From positions 9,094 to 73,093 of the forward strand of contig CAZMGP010000021.1 of assembly GCA_964565875.1 (NCBI GenBank): a DNA stretch of 64,000 nt, in the 5' to 3' direction. A program made the translations under genes and the position numbers. The DNA comes from an uncultured Enterobacteriaceae bacterium (GTDB taxonomy: Bacteria > Pseudomonadota > Gammaproteobacteria > Burkholderiales > SG8-39). Position 1 is the first letter of the stretch; each line of letters starts with the position of its first letter. This document shows positions 57,141-64,000 of this stretch, one piece after another. Below the pieces are notes generated by a model. It saw nothing but the letters and a program-made list of their open reading frames with translations, was not told where the DNA came from and did no database searches.

Positions 57141-57764
57141 ATGAACGCGGCGCTCGCGTTGCCGCAGCTCGTCGGCCGCGCCGACCTCGACGCCATCGCC
57201 GCCTGGGTGCCGCAGGGCGCGAGCGTGCTCGACCTGGGCTGCGGCGAAGGCCTGCTCTTGAAATATCTCAAACAAAGCCGCGGCGTGCGCGGCTACGGCA
57301 TTGAGATCAGCGACGCCAACGTGCTCGCCTGCGTGAAGAACGGCGTCAACGTGATCCAGAGCGACCTCGAGGCGGGCCTCGCCGGCTTCGACGTCGGATC
57401 GTTCGACTGCGTCATCCTGTCGCAGACGCTGCAGGCGATGCATCACACCGAGCAGATCATCATGGAAATGCTGCGCGTCGGGCGCCAGGGCATCGTTTCC
57501 TTCCCCAATTTCGGCTACTTGCCGCAGCGGCTGCAAATCATGCGCGGCCGCATGCCGGTATCGGACGTTCTGCCCTATTCTTGGTACGACACGCCCAACG
57601 TACATCTGTGCACGCTTGCCGACTTCGAGGATTTCTGCGCGAGCCATGCGCTGCGCATCCTCGAGCGCATCGTCATGAAAGACGGCCGCCCGATCCGCTT
57701 TGCGCCCAACCTGCGCGGCAGCGTCGCGGTCTATCGCTTCGAAAAGGCTGCGCCGGGGAGCTGA
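57141..57764 (+). CDS. metW: Methionine biosynthesis protein MetW
   Basis: VLDLGCGEGLLLKYL ... VILSQTLQAM..TEQI..EMLRVGRQGIVSFPNFGY is the canonical MetW sequence, downstream of metX. Confidence 0.9.
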   Translation: MNAALALPQLVGRADLDAIAAWVPQGASVLDLGCGEGLLLKYLKQSRGVRGYGIEISDANVLACVKNGVNVIQSDLEAGLAGFDVGSFDCVILSQTLQAMHHTEQIIMEMLRVGRQGIVSFPNFGYLPQRLQIMRGRMPVSDVLPYSWYDTPNVHLCTLADFEDFCASHALRILERIVMKDGRPIRFAPNLRGSVAVYRFEKAAPGS

Positions 57765-57799
57765 ACGACCAACGTCCTAGCTAGGCCGGCTGCGCCCTT

Positions 57800-59044
57800 T
57801 TACGCCGGCTGCGCCGCGTCGACAGCGGCGATGACGGCGCGCATTCGCCAGGCCAGCCACAGCCCGGGTAGCGCGGCGAGGAAAGTGAGGACGAAGAAGT
57901 TCGCCCAGCCCATCGCTTCGACCAGGGCGCCGGTTGCCGGGCCGAACAGGATGCGACCGAGCGAAGCCACCGCCGAGAGCAGCGCGTATTGCGTGGCGGA
58001 GAAGCTGTGGTTGCACAACGCCATGGCGAAGGCGACGAAGGCCGCGGTGCCCATGCCGCTCGCGAGATTTTCGAAGCCGACCGCGAATACCAGCAGCGCA
58101 TAGCTCTTGCCCGCCCAGGCGAGCACGGCGAAAGACAAGTTCGATATCGCCTGCAGCCCGCCGAAAAAGAGCAGCGCGCGCGTGAGCGACATGCGCACCA
58201 GCAGCACACCGCCCACCAGGCCGCCCACCAGGAGCGAGGCGAGCCCCAGGACTTTGTTGATGGTGCCGACGTCGGTGAGCGAGAAGCCGACGCCGCGCAG
58301 GAGGAACGCCGTGGTCAGGGTGCCGGCGAGCGCATCGCCGAACTTGTACAAGGCGATGAGCGCAAGCAGTTGCAGCGCACCGGGGCGATGCAGGAGATCA
58401 GCGAGCGGATCGATCACCGCCGCGCGCAGGCTGCGCGGCGGGCTGGCGCGCACTGCGGGCTCGGGCGCGACGAGGCTGGTGACGATGCCTACCCCCATCA
58501 GCGCCGCCATACACAGCAACGTCTGCCGCCAGCCCAGTTGATCGGCGAGGATGAGGGCGAGCCCGCCCGAGGCGAGCATGGCGACGCGATAGCCGAGCAC
58601 GCCGACCGCCGCCCCCATGCCGCGCTCCTGCGCCGGCAACAGATCGGTGCGATAGGCATCGATGACGATATCCTGCGACGCCGAAGCGAACGCCACCGCA
58701 ACCGCAATCCAGCCGAGCAGCCACAGCTGTTCGCGCGGCGCGCTGTAGGCCATGGCGACGATGCCGAGGATGAGCGCGAGCTGTGTGAGCAGTATCCAGC
58801 CGCGCCGGCGGCCGAGGAACGGCGGCACATAGCGGTCCATCAGCGGCGACCACAGGACCTTGAGCAGATAGGGAATGCCGATCCAGGAGAACCAGGCGAT
58901 GGTCAGGATGTCCACGCCGGAGACGGTAAGCCAGGCCTGCAGCGTCCCGCCGGTGAGCGCAAGCGGCAGCCCAGAGGAAAATCCGAGGAGCAGCACGGCG
59001 GCGATGCGCGGGCTGCGCAGGATCTCCAGATAGGGCGACGACAT
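57800..59044 (-). CDS. ampG: AmpG-family muropeptide MFS permease
   Basis: LLLGFSSGLPLALTGGTLQAWL...IPYLLKVLWSPLMDRY.PPFLGRRRGWIL is the AmpG signature. 414 aa. Confidence 0.85.
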   Translation of the reverse strand: MSSPYLEILRSPRIAAVLLLGFSSGLPLALTGGTLQAWLTVSGVDILTIAWFSWIGIPYLLKVLWSPLMDRYVPPFLGRRRGWILLTQLALILGIVAMAYSAPREQLWLLGWIAVAVAFASASQDIVIDAYRTDLLPAQERGMGAAVGVLGYRVAMLASGGLALILADQLGWRQTLLCMAALMGVGIVTSLVAPEPAVRASPPRSLRAAVIDPLADLLHRPGALQLLALIALYKFGDALAGTLTTAFLLRGVGFSLTDVGTINKVLGLASLLVGGLVGGVLLVRMSLTRALLFFGGLQAISNLSFAVLAWAGKSYALLVFAVGFENLASGMGTAAFVAFAMALCNHSFSATQYALLSAVASLGRILFGPATGALVEAMGWANFFVLTFLAALPGLWLAWRMRAVIAAVDAAQPA

Positions 59045-59147
59045 GGGCGGATTCTACCTGCGTTGCCGGGCATCAAGGTTGATTTGGCAGGAGAAAGCCG
59101 GTAGCCTTGGGGAAATCCGCCAGCGTCTCAGCGAGAGCGGAAAATGC

Positions 59148-59222
59148 TTTGAACCCGCAACAATTGCTGTTGCGGGGCAAATCAGGGGAGCACGAGGGGA
59201 TCTGTCCCCTCGTTTCGTCACG
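59148..59222. ncRNA. Copy B of the conserved two-hairpin element
   Basis: CCCGCAACA[ATTGC]TGTTGCGGG, a spacer containing AGGGGAGC, then ACGAGGGGA[TCTG]TCCCCTCGT followed by TTCGTC. It ends ~27 nt upstream of the DUF883 gene ATG. Confidence 0.4.
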
Positions 59223-59248
59223 CAATCCAATTAGAAAGGCAATAAATC

Positions 59249-59560
59249 ATGAGCAACAGCACCGACGCATCAAGGGAGAAGCTTGCCTCCGACTTCAGGG
59301 TCGTCATTGCCGATGCTGAAGAATTGCTGCGCGCCACCGCCGGCCAAGTGGGAGAGAAAGCGGTCGTTGCGCGCGAGCGTGTCGAGGAAAGCCTGCGCGT
59401 AGCCAAAGATAAGCTCGCACGCGCCGAGGAAGTCATGGTCGACCGCACCAAGGCTGCGGCGCGCGCCACCGACGATTACGTGCACGATCATCCCTGGGGA
59501 GCGGTCGGCATCGCCGCCGCCGTCGGCCTCGTGCTCGGCATGCTGATCAGCCGCCGCTAG
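59249..59560 (+). CDS. DUF883 (ElaB/YqjD/YgaM) family membrane-anchored stress protein
   Basis: 103 aa. DFRVVIADAEELLRATAG...DYVHDHPWGAVGIAAAVGLVLGMLISRR is the canonical family C-terminus. Confidence 0.85.
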   Translation: MSNSTDASREKLASDFRVVIADAEELLRATAGQVGEKAVVARERVEESLRVAKDKLARAEEVMVDRTKAAARATDDYVHDHPWGAVGIAAAVGLVLGMLISRR

Positions 59561-59562
59561 GC

Positions 59563-59958
59563 ATGGCAGAACGGGAAGGCGCCGCGCACGGCGGCCTTCT
59601 GCATTCGATTCGACATTTCGGAGCCGCGCTGCTCGCCGCCGGGCAGACGCGACTGGAGATCCTCGCCACCGAGATCGAAGAGGAGCGCATGCGGCTGGAG
59701 CAGCTGCTGCTCCTCGCCCTGGCGGCTGCGTTTTGCCTCGGCATGGGATTGGTACTTGTCGTCGCCTTCATCGTCATCTATTTCTGGGACACGCATCGCC
59801 TGCTCACCGTGGGCGTGCTTGCGCTCGCCTTCCTCAGCGTGGCCGCGGCCTGCGCGACTGGCTTGTACGCCAAACTGAAATCGCGGCCGAAGCCGTTCGC
59901 GGTGACGCGGGGCGAACTCGCCAAGGATGTGCACGCGCTGCGGGAGCCGCCGCCATGA
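59563..59958 (+). CDS. YqjE-like (phage-holin-family) membrane protein
   Basis: 131 aa. TRLEILATEIEEERMRL followed by two TM helices. Position after the DUF883 gene, as in the yqjD-yqjE-yqjK operon. Confidence 0.7.
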   Translation: MAEREGAAHGGLLHSIRHFGAALLAAGQTRLEILATEIEEERMRLEQLLLLALAAAFCLGMGLVLVVAFIVIYFWDTHRLLTVGVLALAFLSVAAACATGLYAKLKSRPKPFAVTRGELAKDVHALREPPP

Positions 59959-60242
59959 ACGCGCGCCTCGCCGCCATCGAGGCGAAGCGGGCACGGCTGG
60001 TCGAGCGTGCCGCACGCGAGCGCGAGGACGTGGTACAGACCTTCGCGCTATGGGCGCGACCGCTCGCGTTCGCCGACCGCTGCGTGGCAGCGGTCTCTTA
60101 TGTCGTCTCGCGCCCGCCGCTGGTGATCGCTGCAGTCGCGCTCTTCACCCTGCTCCGCCCGCAGCGCGGTTGGCGCTTGTTGCGTCGCGCCTGGAGCATG
60201 TGGCAAGCCTATCGCTGGCTGGCCAAGAAGGTGGCGATCTAA
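59955..60242 (+). CDS. YqjK-like protein
   Basis: The ATG at 59955 overlaps the yqjE-like stop. RLAAIEAKRARLVERAAREREDV ... then a hydrophobic helix. 95 aa. Confidence 0.6.
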   Translation: MNARLAAIEAKRARLVERAAREREDVVQTFALWARPLAFADRCVAAVSYVVSRPPLVIAAVALFTLLRPQRGWRLLRRAWSMWQAYRWLAKKVAI

Positions 60243-60245
60243 CCC

Positions 60246-60554
60246 ATGCATAAGCCGGCCGTCGTTCAATCCCTGCTGGACATGATGGATCGGGAGCGAA
60301 AGTACGTTCTCGGCGAAGTCGTGCAAGTGACGGGCTTGATGCCGTTGCTGATGAAACCGCGCAACAAGCAGAAGTGGACGCCCGAGGACAAGCGCCAGAT
60401 CGTCGAACACCTGCGCCGGCTGTCCATGGTCAGTCCCTATCTTGCGGTGATGGTGATGCCCGGCTCGTTCGTGGTGCTGCCGGCGCTCGCCTGGTGGCTC
60501 GACCGGCGGCGGCAATTGCGCAAGGGTCTTCCGCCCGGCAGCAGAACCGCCTAG
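60246..60554 (+). CDS. Hypothetical membrane protein (102 aa)
   Basis: Starts 3 nt after the preceding gene. One hydrophobic helix (YLAVMVMPGSFVVLPALAWWL). The segment before it is reminiscent of LETM1-type proteins; this is a weak call. Confidence 0.45.
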   Translation: MHKPAVVQSLLDMMDRERKYVLGEVVQVTGLMPLLMKPRNKQKWTPEDKRQIVEHLRRLSMVSPYLAVMVMPGSFVVLPALAWWLDRRRQLRKGLPPGSRTA

Positions 60555-60742
60555 GCTCCGCCTCTGGCTCGATGCGGTTCCGCCGCACGCTTGCGCATGC
60601 ACCAAGACAACGCGGGCATGCACCAAGCAATCGCATTTTTCGCTTCTCCTGCGACGACCACTAGCGTCTCTTCCCTCTGAACGCTGCTATGGCACAGCCC
60701 TTGCGTTAGTCGGGCGGTCACCCGTTCAACCAGGAGAATGCC

Positions 60743-62017
60743 ATGTCTTCGTCGTCCGTCCAGGCAGTCCGCCTCGAGGCTGCCGTGCCGTCCGTGCTTG
60801 ATAACCGCTGGGTGCAGTTGGGCCTGGGGCTCATTTGCATGATGGCGATTTCCAGCCCGCAATACGTCTGGGCGCTGCTCACCAAGCCGATGATGGCTGC
60901 GTTCGGCGTCAAACTTTCCCAACTGCAAGTCACCTTCTCCATGCTAATCGTGTTCCAGACCTTTCTTTCGCCGTTCCAAGGCTATCTGATAGACCGCTTC
61001 GGCCCGCGCATGCTGCTGTCGATCGGCGGCGTGCTAACCGGAATGAGCTGGGTCCTGGCGTCCCAAGTGAGCGACCTCAGCCATCTCTATCTCAGCTATG
61101 GCCTTCTCGGCGGCATCGGTACCGGCGTCATCTATGTCGGCATCGTCGGCCAGATGGTGCAGTGGTTCCCGGACCGCAGGGGCTTCGCTACCGGCATCGT
61201 AGCGGCCGGCTACGGCATGGGCGCGGTGCTGACGACGTTTCCGGTTTCGTCCAGCATCGCGGCGATCGGCTACCAGCAGACGCTGCTGCAATTCGGTCTG
61301 CTGTTCGGCGCCATCGCCTTGCTCGCCGCGCAGGGCATGCGCCGCGCGCCGGTCGACTGGATGACGCATGCCGTCGATCAGTCGAAGAGCGCCGCAGGCG
61401 CAGGCCCTGCCACGATGCTGCGTTCGCCGGTATTCTGGTTGATGTTCCTGATGTTCTCGCTGATGTCCACCTCGGGACTGATGGTGATCTCGCAGATGGG
61501 CGCGTTTGCGAAGGACTTCGGCATCACCTCGGTCGAGGTATTCGGCATGGCGGCGCTGCCGCTCGCGCTGACCATCGATCGCTTCACCAATGGCCTGACT
61601 CGGCCGTTCTTCGGCTGGGTATCCGACCGCATCGGCCGCGAAGCGACCATGCTCATTGCCTTCGCCCTCGAAGGCCTGGCGATGACGCTGTGGCTGCTCA
61701 CCCGCGACAACGCTCTGCTGTTCGTGCTCTTGTCGGGCGTGGTGTTCTTCGGCTGGGGCGAGATCTTCTCGCTCTTCCCGTCGACCCTGACCGATACCTT
61801 CGGCAAGAAGCATGCGACGACGAACTACGGGTTTCTCTACATGGCCCAGGGAATCGGCTCGATACTCGGCGGGCCGCTCGCCGCGTGGATGCATGAAGCC
61901 ACCGGCAACTGGACGAGCGTCTTCGCGGTGGTCATCACCCTCGACTTCGTCACTGCATTCCTCGCCATTGCAGTGCTGAGGCCGATGCGCAAGAGGCTAT
62001 TGACCGTGCAGGCCTGA
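60743..62017 (+). CDS. MFS transporter, oxalate/formate antiporter (OFA) family
   Basis: 424 aa, 12-TM pattern. NRWVQLGLGLICMMAISSPQYVW...FQGYLIDRFGPR is the OFA-type N-terminus. Confidence 0.75.
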   Translation: MSSSSVQAVRLEAAVPSVLDNRWVQLGLGLICMMAISSPQYVWALLTKPMMAAFGVKLSQLQVTFSMLIVFQTFLSPFQGYLIDRFGPRMLLSIGGVLTGMSWVLASQVSDLSHLYLSYGLLGGIGTGVIYVGIVGQMVQWFPDRRGFATGIVAAGYGMGAVLTTFPVSSSIAAIGYQQTLLQFGLLFGAIALLAAQGMRRAPVDWMTHAVDQSKSAAGAGPATMLRSPVFWLMFLMFSLMSTSGLMVISQMGAFAKDFGITSVEVFGMAALPLALTIDRFTNGLTRPFFGWVSDRIGREATMLIAFALEGLAMTLWLLTRDNALLFVLLSGVVFFGWGEIFSLFPSTLTDTFGKKHATTNYGFLYMAQGIGSILGGPLAAWMHEATGNWTSVFAVVITLDFVTAFLAIAVLRPMRKRLLTVQA

Positions 62018-62027
62018 TCGGCGAAAT

Positions 62028-62047
62028 ACCGCCGGAGCCCCGGCGGT
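62028..62047. terminator. 8-bp GC hairpin between convergent OFA transporter and xthA genes
   Basis: ACCGCCGG[AGCC]CCGGCGGT lies in the 32-nt spacer between the two stop codons. Confidence 0.4.
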
Positions 62048-62049
62048 CT

Positions 62050-62835
62050 TCAGCTCTTCGGCCAGGCGTAATCGACGGTGAGCGGCGCGTGATCGGAAAA
62101 GCGCTGCTCTTTGTAGACCGAAGCCTTTTTCGCCTGAGCCGCGATCCCGGGTGTCGTGATCTGATAGTCGATGCGCCAACCGACGTTCTTCGCCCAGGCC
62201 TGGCCGCGGTTGGACCACCAAGTGTAGGCCTCGCCGGTCGTATCCGGGTGAAGGCGGCGGTAGACGTCCACCCAGCCCTGCTTCTCGAACACTTCGGTGA
62301 GCCAGGCGCGCTCCTCGGGTAGGAAGCCGGAGTTCTTCTGGTTACTGCGCCAGTTCTTCAGGTCGATTTCCTTGTGCGCGATGTTCCAGTCGCCGCAGAT
62401 CACGATTTCGCGGCCGCTCGCCTTCAGCTTGGCCAAATGCGGCATGAACTCGCCGAGGAAGCGGAACTTCGCCTGCTGACGTTCCTCCGAGCTCGACCCC
62501 GAAGGCAGATAGACGGAGATCACGCTCAGCTTGCCGAAATCGGCGCGCAGGTAACGCCCCTCGGCATCGAATTCCTTCGAGCCAAAGCCTTTCTTCACCT
62601 TATCCGGCTCGCTGCGGCAGTACATGCCGACGCCGCTGTAGCCCTTCTTCTCGGCGCAATCGAAATGGCCCGAATAAGGGTGATGGTTGAGCGTCTCGGG
62701 CGCGAGGTCGGGCAACTGCGCCTTGACCTCCTGCATGCAGACGATGTCGGCCTTCTGCTTGCTCAGCCAGGGCAGCAAGCCTTTGCTGACCGCCGAGCGT
62801 ATGCCGTTGAGATTGATCGTGATAATGCGTAACAT
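62050..62835 (-). CDS. xthA: Exodeoxyribonuclease III
   Basis: MLRIITINLNGIRSAVSKG...ADIVCMQEVK ... RIDYQI...SDHAPL are the canonical ExoIII/APE motifs. Confidence 0.9.
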   Translation of the reverse strand: MLRIITINLNGIRSAVSKGLLPWLSKQKADIVCMQEVKAQLPDLAPETLNHHPYSGHFDCAEKKGYSGVGMYCRSEPDKVKKGFGSKEFDAEGRYLRADFGKLSVISVYLPSGSSSEERQQAKFRFLGEFMPHLAKLKASGREIVICGDWNIAHKEIDLKNWRSNQKNSGFLPEERAWLTEVFEKQGWVDVYRRLHPDTTGEAYTWWSNRGQAWAKNVGWRIDYQITTPGIAAQAKKASVYKEQRFSDHAPLTVDYAWPKS

Positions 62836-62980
62836 GGCTGGATTAGAAAAAGCATCGCGGCCGCGGCGGGCCGCCCGCGCAGAAGGAATGACGCATATTC
62901 CGTCCCCTTCGGCAACCTAGAGTCCCGCGCGTGCCGCGCGGGCGCGAAGGGTCGAGGCAGTACGCCGCCCGCACCAACGA

Positions 62981-63631
62981 ATGTCGGATTTTCGCAAAGA
63001 ATTCATCTCCTTCTGCATCGATTGCGGCGTGCTTCGCTTCGGCCAGTTCACAACCAAGGCCGGCCGCATGTCGCCCTATTTTTTTAACGCCGGATTGTTC
63101 AACGACGGCGCCATGCTCGCGCGCCTCGGCGAATTCTACGCGAAAGCCATACTCGCGGCTGGCGCGCGCTTCGACATGCTGTTCGGTCCCGCATACAAGG
63201 GAATTCCGCTCGCGGCGAGCGTCGCCATTGCCCTGGCACGCGCCGGGCGCAACGTTCCCTACAGCTTCAACCGCAAGGAAGCAAAGGACCACGGCGAAGG
63301 CGGTAGCACCATCGGCGCGCCGCTCGCCGGAGGGGTGCTGATCGTCGACGACGTGATTTCCGCCGGGACCTCGGTGCGCGAATCGGTAGACCTCATCCGC
63401 GCTGCAGGCGCGACGCCCTGCGGCGTCGCCATCGCGCTCGACCGCCTGGAGCGCGGCAGCGGCGCCCGCTCCGCGGTGCAGGAAGTGCGCGAAGGTCTGG
63501 GCCTACCGGTCATCGCCATCGCCGACCTCGACGATCTGGTGCGGCTGCTTGCCGCCAAACCCGAACTGAAGAGCCATCTTGCAGCCATCGAACACTACCG
63601 CCAACTCTATGGAGCGGACGCCCATGTCTGA
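62981..63631 (+). CDS. pyrE: Orotate phosphoribosyltransferase
   Basis: [23 protein letters not shown]...[11 protein letters not shown]...[17 protein letters not shown] (PRPP-binding motif). Confidence 0.9.
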   Translation: MSDFRKEFISFCIDCGVLRFGQFTTKAGRMSPYFFNAGLFNDGAMLARLGEFYAKAILAAGARFDMLFGPAYKGIPLAASVAIALARAGRNVPYSFNRKEAKDHGEGGSTIGAPLAGGVLIVDDVISAGTSVRESVDLIRAAGATPCGVAIALDRLERGSGARSAVQEVREGLGLPVIAIADLDDLVRLLAAKPELKSHLAAIEHYRQLYGADAHV

Positions 63632-64000
63632 AGCCCATTCGATCGCAAAGCGCAGTCCCCTTTCGCCCCTCGCCGGTTCGCTGGCGCTCGCGGCCATCGC
63701 GCTCACGCTCGTGGCGCCCGGCGCGCTTGCCCAGCAGCATCTGTACAAGTGCAAGGACGCGAAGGGCAAGACCTACTACACGCAGACTCCGCCGGCGGAG
63801 TGCCTGGGCAAGGAAATGGACGAATTGTCCAAACAGGGCACAGTAGTGAAGAAGCGCGAAGCGACGCTCACGCCCGAGCAGCAAGAGGCGCGAGACGCCG
63901 AGGAAAAGCGCAAGAAGGCGGAGGAGCTGGCGGCGAAGGAGGAGCGGCGCAAGAACCAGGCGCTGCTCAATACGTATTCGAGCGAGAAGGATATCGAAGA
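63624..64000 (+). CDS. DUF4124-domain protein, 3' end beyond the window
   Basis: The ATG at 63624 overlaps the pyrE end. Signal peptide, then [21 protein letters not shown] (DUF4124 signature), then a charged helical region. The frame is still open at base 64000. Confidence 0.65.
   Translation, partial: MSEAHSIAKRSPLSPLAGSLALAAIALTLVAPGALAQQHLYKCKDAKGKTYYTQTPPAECLGKEMDELSKQGTVVKKREATLTPEQQEARDAEEKRKKAEELAAKEERRKNQALLNTYSSEKDIE

Overview
High-GC chromosomal segment. Gene content and order look betaproteobacterial, probably Burkholderiales or Rhodocyclales: leuS-lptE-holA, proA-nadD-rsfS-rlmH-maf-rng, metX-metW, gshB plus an EIIA-HPr-EI partial PTS, and several Bug/TctC binding proteins. Most of the window is densely packed housekeeping genes. 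Many of the long ORFs in the six-frame track are antisense or alternate-frame artefacts of GC-rich DNA, and I resolved them to about 65 real genes.

Main results:
1. A ~14.2-kb integrative island (33256-47438) sits in the 3' end of a minus-strand tRNA-Arg(CCG). It is bounded by an exact 17-bp direct repeat. It carries a large serine recombinase whose ORF runs into the tRNA/att sequence, a Rep_trans-like rolling-circle initiator, RadC, a pair of tandem hairpin repeats, and a cargo operon (LysR, SDR, TRAP transporter, split transketolase, full-length transketolase, truncated dehydrogenase).
2. A two-hairpin sequence element occurs twice (about 3017-3095 and 59148-59222) with a compensatory stem change. 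Both copies lie in divergent intergenic regions upstream of small stress-type genes. It is a candidate structured RNA.
3. A 987-aa Ala/Glu/Arg/Gln-rich, probably tail-anchored, helical protein is inserted between holA and proA.
4. A bacterial homologue of the plant EXORDIUM/PHI-1 family lies in a small accessory patch with a membrane-bound C13 (legumain-like) peptidase.

I found no rRNA genes, CRISPR arrays or IS transposases. All functional calls come from reading the translated sequences from memory of protein families. No database search was run.
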